Shown here piece after piece: positions 1 to 10,089 of a stretch of DNA of 64,000 nucleotides. Position 1 is the first letter of the stretch. Every line of letters starts with the position of its first letter. The DNA comes from Defluviicoccus sp. (GTDB taxonomy: Bacteria > Pseudomonadota > Alphaproteobacteria > MPNO01): positions 25,565 through 89,564 of the forward strand of contig JAPPIT010000034.1 in the NCBI GenBank assembly GCA_028820505.1, written 5' to 3'. Position numbers and translations under genes: made by a program. The notes below the pieces were generated by a model. The model worked only from the letters and a program-made list of their open reading frames with translations, was not told the origin of the DNA and ran no database searches.

Positions 1-1
1 C

Positions 2-115
2 ACGCTCTGCCACCTCGATATCCCGATGCGGAATTGTTCGGTGTGGCTGGACGGCGAGCCGATGGTGCTGAAGGGCGAGATAATCCCCGACGACCAGCGC
101 GCGGCGGAGCGCTGA
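2..115 (+). CDS. 3' end of an unidentified CDS (…LCHLDIPMRNCSVWLDGEPMVLKGEIIPDDQRAAER*), partial at the window edge
   Basis: Open frame 2 runs from the window start to TGA at 113-115 and reads as protein-like rather than GC-biased; no start is visible. Not in the ORF track because it is partial. Confidence 0.35.
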   Translation, partial: TLCHLDIPMRNCSVWLDGEPMVLKGEIIPDDQRAAER

Positions 116-127
116 TCTCGCGCGGCG

Positions 128-622
128 CTATCGCGCGCGTATTTCCCTGTAATGGCCCCAAGCCTTGCGCGCGAATTCAACTGCCGTAAGCCCGAAACCC
201 AGGGTGATGACGAACATCAGATAGCCCTTGGGAATGGGATAGACGCCGGGCGTCATGACGTTGCGCTCGACATGGCTCCACGCCGAAATCGCGGAGTAAT
301 AGGCGCCCGGCACAAGCGCGACGACGATCAGGAACGAGCCCCAGCAATTGAATACCGCCTGGGTCCGGGCGCTCAGCGACTGCACGACGATATCGATCCG
401 GATGTGACCTTCCGCTTGACGCACCAGCCACGCCATGCCGAGGAAGGGCGTGAACAGGAGGAAATACTCGCAGACCTCAATCACCCAGCCGATGGGAGCG
501 CCGAAAAAATAGCGCAGCAGCACGTCGACGACGACGAACACCATCGAGGCCAGCACCATAAGCCCAACCACTGCGGCAAGCAGACCCAGGAAACGATCGT
601 AAGCGGCGGTGACGGGGTTCAT
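128..622 (-). CDS. dctQ: TRAP transporter small permease (DctQ family)
   Basis: 164-aa protein with 4 hydrophobic segments, size and pattern typical of DctQ; adjacent to the DctP and DctM genes on the same strand. Confidence 0.8.
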   Translation of the reverse strand: MNPVTAAYDRFLGLLAAVVGLMVLASMVFVVVDVLLRYFFGAPIGWVIEVCEYFLLFTPFLGMAWLVRQAEGHIRIDIVVQSLSARTQAVFNCWGSFLIVVALVPGAYYSAISAWSHVERNVMTPGVYPIPKGYLMFVITLGFGLTAVEFARKAWGHYREIRAR

Positions 623-700
623 GCGGTCCGCGCTACCCTGTGAAAACGAGGAAACGGGCGAGGCGGCGACCGGTCGGCCGCCGCCTCGCCGATGCGCCGG

Positions 701-1693
701 TCAGTCGGCGAACTTTCTGAGCGCCTTGCCGTATTTGGGGCTCTTCTTCTCGATTTCGGCCCAGTGCGCATCATAGGCCGCGGCAAGCCACTTCTTGGTT
801 TCCGCATCGCTCAGATGGATGAACTCCAGCCCCTCCTTCTTGAGCGCCGCGTCCTCCTTGTTGTTCCTGTCGGTCATGAACTTTTCTTCCGCCTTTTCGA
901 TCGCCGGCCCGAGGTCGTCGATCGTCTTGCGGATGTCCGCCGGCAGGCCGTTCCAGGTCTTCATGTTGATCAACACCGCGGTGTCGTTCGAATAGAACGG
1001 GATGTCGTAGACGTATTTCGTGACCTCGTGGAACCCGTAGTCGCGGATGCCGAGGAAGGTCCAGCAGAAGCCGTTGACGACGCCGCGTTCCAGCGCGGTG
1101 TAGACCTCGCCCGCCTTCATCAGGATCGGCGTGCCGTTGAGCCCCTTCACCAGAGGCACGTAGGTCGGCGAGACGCGCATCTTGATGCCGGTCAGATCGG
1201 AGCTGGCGATCTTCTTGTTGCCGTAGCAGCGATAGCCGTTCCCGCTAGTCCCGCCCACGTGCGAGTGGTAGTAGACCCCGTGCTCGGCGTGGATCTTGCG
1301 CATCAACTCGGTGTAGCCGGCCTTTCTCAGCTCGCTCGCGAACTTCTTGACCCCGAGGCTCGCCGCCGCTTCGGGAACGGTCGCCCGGTAATAGGCGCCC
1401 GCGGTCATCAGCACGTCGACGACGCCGTCGCGCACCGCCTCGAACTGCTCGAAGGGCGGCACCACCTCGGATGTTCCGACCAGGCTGACGATTACCTTGC
1501 CCTTGAGCGCCTTGTTGACCTCCTTCTGGAAGGTCAGGAAGCCGTGGCTGCCGACGAAGTCGGGCGGCCAGGGAATCAGCCCCTTGAGAACGATCGGATC
1601 CGCCGCCCTGACCGCGGCGGTATGGCCGAACAGGCCGACCGCGCCGGCAACGGCCAGCGCCAGCGAAATTCTCTTTATTTTGGTCAATTTCAT
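701..1693 (-). CDS. dctP: TRAP transporter substrate-binding protein (DctP family)
   Basis: 330 aa with an N-terminal signal peptide (MKLTKIKRISLALAVAGAVGLFG…AAVRA); DctP-like length; sits between the DctM and DctQ genes. Confidence 0.85.
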   Translation of the reverse strand: MKLTKIKRISLALAVAGAVGLFGHTAAVRAADPIVLKGLIPWPPDFVGSHGFLTFQKEVNKALKGKVIVSLVGTSEVVPPFEQFEAVRDGVVDVLMTAGAYYRATVPEAAASLGVKKFASELRKAGYTELMRKIHAEHGVYYHSHVGGTSGNGYRCYGNKKIASSDLTGIKMRVSPTYVPLVKGLNGTPILMKAGEVYTALERGVVNGFCWTFLGIRDYGFHEVTKYVYDIPFYSNDTAVLINMKTWNGLPADIRKTIDDLGPAIEKAEEKFMTDRNNKEDAALKKEGLEFIHLSDAETKKWLAAAYDAHWAEIEKKSPKYGKALRKFAD

Positions 1694-1785
1694 TTATCCC
1701 CCCCCAGTTGCGACCGTCGAAGCGACGGTCTCGGTCGAAAGCGTAGCACCGCGCATTTCGCCTGCGCAATTCGGGCGCGGCATCG

Positions 1786-3105
1786 TCACCTGTAGAAAAG
1801 GTCCTGCAGCAGCGTCGTGGTCTCGGGCACCAGAAGCACCACGGCGAGCGCGATCAGGTCGCACACCAGGAACGGCAGTCCGGCCATGTAGATCGCCCTG
1901 ATCTTGGTGCCCGGCGGAGCGACCCCCTTCATCACGAAGAGCAGCATCCCGAACGGCGGCGTGGTCAGGGCCATCTCCAGGTTGATCAGCATCAGAACGC
2001 CGAACCAGATCGGGTCGTAGCCCAGGAGCTTCACGATCGGGATATAGAGCGGCAGCGTGATCAGCATGATCGCCACCTGCTCCATGAAGGTGCCGAGGAT
2101 CAGGACCACGATCTGCATGCAGACGATCAGCAGCAGCGGGTGGATGTCGAGATTGCCGACGGCAGTGAGAAGGCCGCGCGTGGCGCCCGAGAACGCCATG
2201 ATCTGGCTGAAGCCGATGGCGCCGATCAGGATGGCGAACATCATCACCGAGATCTTCACCGTGCCGGCGACCGACCTGACAATGACCTCGCGGGTCAGCC
2301 CGCCATAGGCGAAGGCGACGATGAAGGAACCCATGCAGCCCATCGCCGCCGCCTCCGTCGGGGTGGCGATGCCGATAACGATCACCCCGGTGACCAGGAA
2401 GACGATCACGCCGAGCGGGAGCAGGTACTTGACGATGCCGACGATGCGCTCCCGCCACGGCGTTCGCTCGACTTCGTAGGCCGGGGTGAGCTCGGGCTGG
2501 AGCTTGCAGCGGATGACGATGTAGGCGACGTAGAGCACCGCCATGATCAGGCCCGGGATCAGGGCGGCGATCAGCAGCCGACCGATGGAAATCTTGCCGA
2601 TCGCGGCCAGGATAACCGCGAGCGAGCTTGGCGGCACGATCATGGCCAGCCCGCCGCTCGCGATGATCGGCCCGATCGACATCGGCGCCTTGTAGCCGCG
2701 GCGTTGCATGTCGGGCAGCAACATGGTGCCAAGCAGAGCGGTGTTGGCCATCGTCGAGCCGCTCAGGCTGGAGAACATGGTTCCGGAGGCGACGGTAAGC
2801 AGGCTGAGCCGGCCGGGCAGCCGGCCCATCAGCTTGTCGAGCACGTCGACAGCGCGGAACGCGACCTTCGAGTGCCACAGGATCTCGCCCATCAGGATGA
2901 ACAGGATGATCGGCAGCAGGGTAAAGCTGGTCACCGAGGCGTACATGCTCGCGGTGAAGGTGTTGAAGGCCGCGCCTCCGCCCTGGAGGATCAGCACCCC
3001 GAGCATGTTCACGATCACGAAGGCGAAGGCCACCGGGATGCCCTGGAGGAGCAGGAACATCGCTCCGCCGAAGATGATCAGCAGCGGGATCCACCACTCA
3101 ATCAT
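1786..3105 (-). CDS. dctM: TRAP transporter large permease (DctM family)
   Basis: 439-aa polytopic membrane protein; N-terminus MIEWWIPLLIIFGGAMFLLLQGIPVAFAF is classic DctM. Confidence 0.9.
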   Translation of the reverse strand: MIEWWIPLLIIFGGAMFLLLQGIPVAFAFVIVNMLGVLILQGGGAAFNTFTASMYASVTSFTLLPIILFILMGEILWHSKVAFRAVDVLDKLMGRLPGRLSLLTVASGTMFSSLSGSTMANTALLGTMLLPDMQRRGYKAPMSIGPIIASGGLAMIVPPSSLAVILAAIGKISIGRLLIAALIPGLIMAVLYVAYIVIRCKLQPELTPAYEVERTPWRERIVGIVKYLLPLGVIVFLVTGVIVIGIATPTEAAAMGCMGSFIVAFAYGGLTREVIVRSVAGTVKISVMMFAILIGAIGFSQIMAFSGATRGLLTAVGNLDIHPLLLIVCMQIVVLILGTFMEQVAIMLITLPLYIPIVKLLGYDPIWFGVLMLINLEMALTTPPFGMLLFVMKGVAPPGTKIRAIYMAGLPFLVCDLIALAVVLLVPETTTLLQDLFYR

Positions 3106-3271
3106 CGGCCGCGCTCCGGTGTTTCGGGCGACGCGATCCGCGGATCATCGGCGATCTGCCATCCTCCCCCGCCGCCGCACGCGACGCCCGTCGGCGCTCC
3201 TGCGGTCTCGTTGACCGAATACTAGCAGGCCGGCCGCTCCGTATGCCAACGACCGCCGGGGTGTCGTCGTC

Positions 3272-4450
3272 CTAACCGGGATCGTCGTCCCTGCAGACCC
3301 GATCCAGAACGTCGTTGATGACGTGGTGGATGCCGAGCTCCAGCTTCGACATCGGGCCCGGCCGGAGGCGGCGCGACTTCATGTTCTGCTGCAGCGACGC
3401 CACCATTTGCCGGTCCTCCTCGACGACCTCGATCAGGTATTCCCGGTAGACCTCGATCCTCTCCTCGAAGCCGGGAAGATCGAAATGCTCTTTGGGAAAG
3501 AGGGTGTAGTTGACGACGCCGCAGCGGTCGGGCCCGAGCGGCCACATCAGGAAGGGATGCACGTTATCGCATCGGGCGATCAGCTGCATGTTGGGTGAGA
3601 GACGGCCGGAACAGGCGAAGTTGTCGGGTTTGTCGTCGAGCCAGGGCATCTTTCCGAACAGACTCTCGCCGCGCGGCACCATCGGAGCGGAGTGGTAGAA
3701 CATGCTGGTTCCGCCGCGCTCGAACAGGTTGAACGGGTATCTGTCGGCTCGGCCGCGCTTCGCGCCGATGGTCTTCGCGTGCAGCGTGGCAGCGTGATAG
3801 ACGTCGAGCAGGTTCTCGACGAACAGCTTCCAGTTGCAGTCGAGCTCGACCTCGATTTTCACGGCGAGGCGGCAATCCTCCTGGCGCAGGAAGCCGAACT
3901 CCCGCTCGAAATGGGCGACGAAATCGGCCAGCGGCGGGGCGTCGTCATCGAAGGTGATAAACACCCAACCCGCCCACGTGCCGAGCCTGAGCGGCGGCAG
4001 ACCGCAGCGCGAGGGATCGAACTCCTCGGAGTCCTCCATGAACGCGGCGCCGGTGAGCGCGCCTTTCAGATCGTAGCTCCAGCCGTGATAGGGGCAACTG
4101 AAATGGCCGGTGTTGCCCTCGCCCCATATCACCTCGACCCCACGATGGGCACAGGTGTTGGAAAAGGCCCTGAGTTCTCCCTCGTCGTCGCGCACGATGA
4201 GGGCGGGTTCCCCCATGATACGGACCGCCATGTAATCGCCCGGGCTCTCCAGCTCCTCGACGCGGGCGACGCAGAGCCAGTCCTTCATGAAAATGTGCCG
4301 CTTCTCCAGTTCGTAGATCTCCGGCGAGCAGTAGAACGCGCCGGGCACGTGACGCGCTTCGACGATCGGGCGGCGGATATTCTCGAGGTTTTCGCCAGCC
4401 CACGCCGGTGCAGCGGAACCGGTTAACGGACCGTCCTCGCCGGGTACCAT
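3272..4450 (-). CDS. Rieske [2Fe-2S] non-heme-iron oxygenase alpha subunit (GbcA/CntA/Stc2-like group)
   Basis: Rieske motif CAHRG…(17)…CPYHGW; catalytic-domain motifs CNWKLFVENLLDVYH; start chosen at MVPGEDG (ATG 4450..4448) preceded by GGAGAGAG. The longer track ORF (to 4567) has no SD. Confidence 0.85.
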   Translation of the reverse strand: MVPGEDGPLTGSAAPAWAGENLENIRRPIVEARHVPGAFYCSPEIYELEKRHIFMKDWLCVARVEELESPGDYMAVRIMGEPALIVRDDEGELRAFSNTCAHRGVEVIWGEGNTGHFSCPYHGWSYDLKGALTGAAFMEDSEEFDPSRCGLPPLRLGTWAGWVFITFDDDAPPLADFVAHFEREFGFLRQEDCRLAVKIEVELDCNWKLFVENLLDVYHAATLHAKTIGAKRGRADRYPFNLFERGGTSMFYHSAPMVPRGESLFGKMPWLDDKPDNFACSGRLSPNMQLIARCDNVHPFLMWPLGPDRCGVVNYTLFPKEHFDLPGFEERIEVYREYLIEVVEEDRQMVASLQQNMKSRRLRPGPMSKLELGIHHVINDVLDRVCRDDDPG

Positions 4451-4787
4451 GGTCGGCTCTCTCCGATAGTTCGAAGGTTCGCAGGGACTGTAGTGAAACG
4501 GTTTTCGGTTCGCCACAGCCGCCATGGGGCAATGGACCGCCCCGGTCGACGTCCGCATCGCCTTCATCGAGCCAGGTTCGCCCCTGGAAAACGGATAGAT
4601 TGAGCGATTAAACCCCCATTGCCCGGCTTGGCCGCGACACCGTCAATAGATTAAAATTCCAACCGGGCCCGTCAGTCGGCGCAGGTCACGGTATTTCAGC
4701 ACGGTTTTCAGTCTGCCCGAGACGTTCTCCGTCCCCGGACGACGCGTCGGCCGTCGACACACTGGCCCGGCACCCAGGAGACACGAG

Positions 4788-6995
4788 ATGCTTCCGATCA
4801 CCGGCTATGCCGACCGCTATTCGGTAGCGCCCGGCGAATCCATCGCGTTCAAGGTGTCCTCTGCCGCGGCGGAGGACTACGAGGCGCGCCTGGTGTGCGT
4901 CATCAGCGGCGACCCCAACCCCGCCGGGCCCGGCATACGCGAGGAGCCCGTCGAGGCCGCCTTTGCCGGTCCCTATCCGTCGCGGGTGCAGCCGATCCAC
5001 AACGGCTCCTGGGCACGCGTTGCCGCCGCCGCGCCCCTCGATACGCTCAAGAGCTTCACGGTGACCGCCACCATCTGGCCTGCTTTGCCCCGTCTCTCCC
5101 GCCGGCAGGGTCTCGTGTCGCGTGTCGATGCCGTCACCGGAGCGGGCTTCACCCTTGAGATCGACGAGACCGGCGCGCTTGCCGCCACGTTGAGCGACGG
5201 CGCCCGGACGGTCGTCCTCGACACCGGCAGGGCGCTCCGCGCCCGCGCCTGGTACCGGGTTTTCCTCAGCTACGACGCGGGCGCGGGCGAGGTCCGTGTC
5301 GGACAGCTTCCGCTCGCGCCCGCGATGTTGGTCGATGATTCGGGCACCGCCGCCGCCCCCGCTTCATTCGGGGGGAGCTGCACCGGGAGCGGCGATCTGG
5401 TGTTCGCGGCGCGAGCGGGCTCGCCGCCCCGAGACCACTATAACGGCAAGCTCGAAGCGCCGCGGATCGTGGCGGCCGCTCTCGACCTGGACGCGGCATT
5501 CCGCGCCGCGGGGATAGACCGTGGCGAGAACGTTTTCGCCGCGTGGGACTTCTCGCGCGAGATGTCGTCCGTGCGCATCCTGGATACCGGCCCGCACGCG
5601 ATGCACGGCGAGACCGTCAACCTGCCGGCGCGCGCGATGAAAGGCTGGCGCTGGACGGGGGAAGAGATGTGCTGGCGCCACGCTCCCGAGCAATACGGCG
5701 CGATCCACTTTCACGACGACGACCTCTACGATTGCGGTTGGGGGACCGATTTCGTCTTCGAGGTGCCGGAGGACTTCAGGAGCGGCGTCTACGCGGTGCG
5801 CCTCAGCGCCAGCGGCGACGAGGACATGATTCCCTTCTTCGTGCGCGCCGCGCCGGGCCGGGCGCAATCGAGCGCCTGCGTGCTGATCCCCGTCTTTACC
5901 TACACCGTCTACGCCAACTTCGCCCGCGGCAATGTCGACGACGCCTACCGCCGGCAGGTCGCGGACTGGGGCGCCCGCCCGTGGACGCCGGACGAGCATC
6001 CCGAATACGGGATCTCGACCTATAACCGCCATAGCGACGGCAGCGGGGTCGCCTATTCTTCGCGACTTCGCCCGATTCTCAACCAGCGTTCCGGGTTTTG
6101 TGCCTACGCGGACCCGCTGGGCGGCTCCTGCCTCCGCCACTTCCCCGCCGACACCCATCTTCTCGCCTGGCTGGATGCGCTCGGCCACGATTTCGACGTC
6201 ATCACGGACGAGGATCTCGACGCGGACGGCGTCGACGCGATCGCGGATTACAAGGTGGTGATGACGGGCTCGCACCCGGAATACCACACGCCGGGCTCGC
6301 TCGACGCGCTCGCGGCGTACACCGAACAAGGCGGACGCCTGATGTATCTCGGCGGTAACGGCTTTTACTGGCGCGTCGCGGTCAACCCGGAACTGCCCGG
6401 CGCGGTCGAAATTCGCCGCGGCGAGACCGGAATCCGCGCCTGGGCGGCCGAGCCGGGGGAGTACTACAACGCCTTCGACGGCGGCTATGGCGGGCTGTGG
6501 CGAAACAGCGGCCGCGCGCCCCAGCGCCTCGTCGGGGTGGGATTCGTCGCTCAGGGCGACTTTCACGGCACCGCCTACCGGCGGCTCCCCGCGTCCCGCG
6601 ATCCCCGCGCCGCCTGGATCTTCGAGGGCATCGGCGACGACGAGCTCCTCGGCGACTTCGGCCTTAGCGGCGGCGGAGCGGCGGGCTTCGAACTCGACTG
6701 GCTGGACCCGAGCCTCGGATCGCCGGCCCATGCCCTCGTGCTGGCCCGCTCGGAGCGGCAGGACGACACCTTCATGCTGGTGCCGGAGGAGATGCTGAAC
6801 CACTACGTCAACCGTCCCGGTCTCCCGACCGAGGACCTCATCCGCTCCGAGATCGTGTTCTTCGAAACGCCCAACGGCGGCGCGGTGTTCTCGGTCGGAT
6901 CGATCACGTTTTGCGGGAGCCTCCCCCACAACGAGTTCGACAACAACATCTCGCGCATGCTCGACAATGTGTTGCAACGGTTCCGAAGGGACTGA
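4788..6995 (+). CDS. N,N-dimethylformamidase large (beta) subunit-like family protein
   Basis: 735-aa soluble protein; length and N-terminus (MLPITGYADRYSVAPGESIAFKVS) resemble the DmfA2-like family as I recall it; GGAG sits 7 nt upstream of the ATG. No small-subunit gene is seen. Family assignment is from memory, not from a search. Confidence 0.5.
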   Translation: MLPITGYADRYSVAPGESIAFKVSSAAAEDYEARLVCVISGDPNPAGPGIREEPVEAAFAGPYPSRVQPIHNGSWARVAAAAPLDTLKSFTVTATIWPALPRLSRRQGLVSRVDAVTGAGFTLEIDETGALAATLSDGARTVVLDTGRALRARAWYRVFLSYDAGAGEVRVGQLPLAPAMLVDDSGTAAAPASFGGSCTGSGDLVFAARAGSPPRDHYNGKLEAPRIVAAALDLDAAFRAAGIDRGENVFAAWDFSREMSSVRILDTGPHAMHGETVNLPARAMKGWRWTGEEMCWRHAPEQYGAIHFHDDDLYDCGWGTDFVFEVPEDFRSGVYAVRLSASGDEDMIPFFVRAAPGRAQSSACVLIPVFTYTVYANFARGNVDDAYRRQVADWGARPWTPDEHPEYGISTYNRHSDGSGVAYSSRLRPILNQRSGFCAYADPLGGSCLRHFPADTHLLAWLDALGHDFDVITDEDLDADGVDAIADYKVVMTGSHPEYHTPGSLDALAAYTEQGGRLMYLGGNGFYWRVAVNPELPGAVEIRRGETGIRAWAAEPGEYYNAFDGGYGGLWRNSGRAPQRLVGVGFVAQGDFHGTAYRRLPASRDPRAAWIFEGIGDDELLGDFGLSGGGAAGFELDWLDPSLGSPAHALVLARSERQDDTFMLVPEEMLNHYVNRPGLPTEDLIRSEIVFFETPNGGAVFSVGSITFCGSLPHNEFDNNISRMLDNVLQRFRRD

Positions 6996-7298
6996 ACCGC
7001 GAAGGATCGCACAGGGGCCGAGTTCTAAGATTTTTTCGGATCCGAGGCTTTTGCCGCCCGTTTTCGAACCCCCCTGAATCGGGAGTTCGATGGTTTTGGA
7101 TCGCCGAGATTATGGAGCCACAAGTCGAGTTCCGGCCACCGCCGGGAGAATGAGCCAGAAATTCCGATAAAAGCGGGTGAGCGATTATCGAACTCCGCGT
7201 GTCTGCGACAAGAATTAGAACGAATTTACTATGACCTTTCTTCGCAATCCTCCAACTGTGCTGTCACCGCCCGTTTCGGTTGATTCGCCGACGCACCC

Positions 7299-9620
7299 TC
7301 ACACGCCGTCGCCCTTTGTTTCGCGCCCGATAAGCGCGTGCAGCATTCGCTCGGACGTCATCGGCAGGTCTCGGAGCCGGATGCCGGTGGCGTCGGCGAC
7401 CGCGTTGGCGATTGCAGGGGCCACGCCTACGATGCCGGGTTCACCGATGCCCTTGGCGCCGAACGGCCCGGAGGGTTCGGGGTCCTCCACGACGATCGGG
7501 TCGATGGGATAAGGCACATCGAATGCTGTGGGCACCTTGTAGTCCATCAGCGTGGGGTTGATCAGCGTGGCCTCGTCCCAGACCATCTCCTCGGTGAGCG
7601 CGTAGCCGATCCCCTGGGCGAAGGCACCCTGGATCTGGCCCTCGACCGCCAGCGGGTTGATCGCCCGGCCAACGTCATGCGCCGACCACGCCTGCACGAC
7701 CGAGATTTGGCCCGTCACCTCGTCAACCTCGACTTCGACCGCTTGGGCGCCGAACACGTAGGTGCCGAGGTTGGAGAACGGGAACCCCCGGATCAGTGCC
7801 CGTTTCGGATCGAACCGTTCGCCATCGTACATGAGGGAGAAGTGGCCCATGATCGGGCCACCCACCGCCCAGTGCGCGCGCTTTGAAATCGCGATGAAAG
7901 GCAGCTCCTTTTCCGGCACGCCGGCGATGCCCACGCGCCCGCCGGGCCGCAACTCCAGATCTTCGCGCGCGCACTCCATCATGTCGGCCGCGTGCTCGAA
8001 AATCTGCTCCTTGACACGCTCGGCGGCACCGGCGACCGCTCGGCCGGTCATATACGTGACACGGCTGCCAGACGTGCTCCAGTTGTAGGGGGACGCGTCG
8101 GTGTCCGGATTGACGTAGTTCACCCGGTCCACCGGAACGTCGAGAGCGGCCGCGCAAATCTGCGCCAGCGCGGTATCGGCGCCCTGGCCGCTATCGACGG
8201 CGCCGGTGGCAACGGTGACCGTGCCATCTTCAAGCAGCCGGACGGCCGCGCTGGTCGACAGGAAGCCGCAGACATGCGCGAGGCACGCAACGCCGAGGCC
8301 ACGACGCTTCCCGGGCACGGATGCAACCGGCCGCGGCCGCCGGCGGGCGGCGTCGCGCACGCGCTCGATGCATTCCGTCATCCCGCAGGCTTCGATTGTC
8401 TGCCCGCCCAACCACTTGTCGCCGACATGCATCGCGTTCCGGATGCGAATCTCGAACGGATCGATGCCGAGCCGCGCAGCAATCTCGTCCACTTGCGACT
8501 CGGTGGCGAAGGTGATCTGCGGATTGCCGAAACCGCGAAAGCCGCCGGCGCGGCTCTTATTCGTGTAGACGGCCCGCCCGAACACCCGAACATTGGGGAT
8601 GTTGTACGGACCGCGCGCCTTCAGAAGCGCGGCGCCGAGGACAGCCGGGCTCTCGCTGCAGTAAGCGCCCCCTTCGAGCAGGACTTCGGCTTCGCGGGCG
8701 ACCAGCGCCCCGTCGTTCATCGCTCCCGTCTTGATCCGGATCCGCGCGGGATGGCGCCGGATCATCATCATCATGTCCTCCGAGCGGGACAGAACGATTT
8801 TCACCGGACGGCCGGTGCGCCGCGCGAGCTCGACCGCGACAGGCTGGAGGTGGGCGCCGCCCTTGCCGCCGAATGTGCCGCCGATACGCGGCGCGATCGC
8901 GCGGATCTGCGACATCGGGATATCGAGCAACGCCGAGACCTCGGCCTGTACCCGGAACACCGACTGGGTCGTCGACCACACCGTTACCTTCCCGGCGGAG
9001 TCGAATTCGGCGATCGCACCCGTCGGCTCGATCGCCTGGTGATACTGGGAGTGCGTGGTGAACTCGCTTTCGAGCACGACGTCGCATTCGTCCCACGCGC
9101 TATCGACGTCGCCTTCCACCATTTCCTGGTAGGAAACGACATTCCCGCCATATTCGATAAGGCTGCTCTTCTCGTATGCGTCCAGGTCGTCGTGCAGCTG
9201 CGGCGCGCCGTCGGCCAGCGCCTCCTCGATGGTGAGGACGGCCGGAAGCTCTTCGTACCCGATCTTCATCGCCCGAACGGCCGCCTGCGCGGTAGCGAGG
9301 TCCTCCGCCGCGGCGACCGCCACCGGTTCGCCGACATACCGCACCTTTCCGCGCGCAAGACAGGGCATGTCGCTTATCGCGCCGCCGCCGAGCCGGGGGA
9401 AGTCGTCGCCGGTCAGCACCGCGTGCACGCCAGGCATCGCCGCGGCTTCCGTGGCGTCGCAGGAAACGATCCGCCCATGCGGTATCGTGCTCAGGAGATA
9501 CGCGGCATGCAGCATTCCCGGCCGCACGATGTCGTCGAGGTACTGCGCTCGCCCGGCAATCTTCTCCCGCGCCTCCCGCCGCGGCAAACGTTCGCCGAGC
9601 CCGTGGAGCCGCTCCCCCAT
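7299..9620 (-). CDS. xanthine dehydrogenase family molybdopterin-binding large subunit (CoxL-like, not form-I CODH)
   Basis: 773 aa; GGFRGFGNPQ motif typical of molybdenum hydroxylases; lacks the VAYRCSFR active-site loop of form-I CO dehydrogenase; follows the FAD and 2Fe-2S subunit genes. Confidence 0.85.
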   Translation of the reverse strand: MGERLHGLGERLPRREAREKIAGRAQYLDDIVRPGMLHAAYLLSTIPHGRIVSCDATEAAAMPGVHAVLTGDDFPRLGGGAISDMPCLARGKVRYVGEPVAVAAAEDLATAQAAVRAMKIGYEELPAVLTIEEALADGAPQLHDDLDAYEKSSLIEYGGNVVSYQEMVEGDVDSAWDECDVVLESEFTTHSQYHQAIEPTGAIAEFDSAGKVTVWSTTQSVFRVQAEVSALLDIPMSQIRAIAPRIGGTFGGKGGAHLQPVAVELARRTGRPVKIVLSRSEDMMMMIRRHPARIRIKTGAMNDGALVAREAEVLLEGGAYCSESPAVLGAALLKARGPYNIPNVRVFGRAVYTNKSRAGGFRGFGNPQITFATESQVDEIAARLGIDPFEIRIRNAMHVGDKWLGGQTIEACGMTECIERVRDAARRRPRPVASVPGKRRGLGVACLAHVCGFLSTSAAVRLLEDGTVTVATGAVDSGQGADTALAQICAAALDVPVDRVNYVNPDTDASPYNWSTSGSRVTYMTGRAVAGAAERVKEQIFEHAADMMECAREDLELRPGGRVGIAGVPEKELPFIAISKRAHWAVGGPIMGHFSLMYDGERFDPKRALIRGFPFSNLGTYVFGAQAVEVEVDEVTGQISVVQAWSAHDVGRAINPLAVEGQIQGAFAQGIGYALTEEMVWDEATLINPTLMDYKVPTAFDVPYPIDPIVVEDPEPSGPFGAKGIGEPGIVGVAPAIANAVADATGIRLRDLPMTSERMLHALIGRETKGDGV

Positions 9621-9621
9621 C

Positions 9622-10089
9622 CTACGAATGCCCCATCATGCGTATCGCTTCGACGATCTTGGTGTATCCCGAGCAACGGCACAGGTTGCCGCCGATCGCC
9701 TCGCGAATCGCATCGACTTCCGGATGCGGGTTTTCGTCGAGCAACGCTCTTGCCGCCAGGACCATGCCCGGCATGCAATATCCGCACTGGATCGCACCGG
9801 ACGCCACGAATGCCTCCTGCACCGGGTCGAGCTCGTTGCCGTTCGCCAACCCTTCGACCGTCAGGATCGCCCGGTCGGTACAGTTGAGGGTGAGCGACAG
9901 GCACGACCGGAACGTCCGCCCGTCCAGGAGTACGGAGCAGGCACCGCAGAGGCCCTGATTGCAGCCCCGCTTGGCTCCGGTCAGGCCGAGCCCCTCTCGC
10001 AATGTGTCCAGCAGCGTGTCGGTCGGCCGTGCCGGCACCTCGACGTCGCGGCCGTTTATCGACAGGACGACAAGCCGCTTGCCGCTCAT
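9622..10089 (-). CDS. (2Fe-2S)-binding small subunit of molybdenum hydroxylase (CoxS-like)
   Basis: 155 aa; plant-type ferredoxin cysteines (CNQGLCGACSV) and a second cluster motif (CGYCMPG…CRCSGY). Confidence 0.9.
   Translation of the reverse strand: MSGKRLVVLSINGRDVEVPARPTDTLLDTLREGLGLTGAKRGCNQGLCGACSVLLDGRTFRSCLSLTLNCTDRAILTVEGLANGNELDPVQEAFVASGAIQCGYCMPGMVLAARALLDENPHPEVDAIREAIGGNLCRCSGYTKIVEAIRMMGHS

Noticed and set aside
6995-7299. tRNA-like or terminator element in the AT-richer convergent intergenic region
   Set aside because: GTTCGA-like strings are present, but there is no cloverleaf-compatible arrangement or CCA end; no convincing stem-loop plus U-tract.
5364-9887. Long antisense ORFs (537 aa minus opposite the DMFase-like gene; 631 aa plus opposite the Mo-hydroxylase large subunit)
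   Set aside because: No recognisable domains; extreme Arg/Ala/Gly bias; mirror well-supported genes on the other strand.
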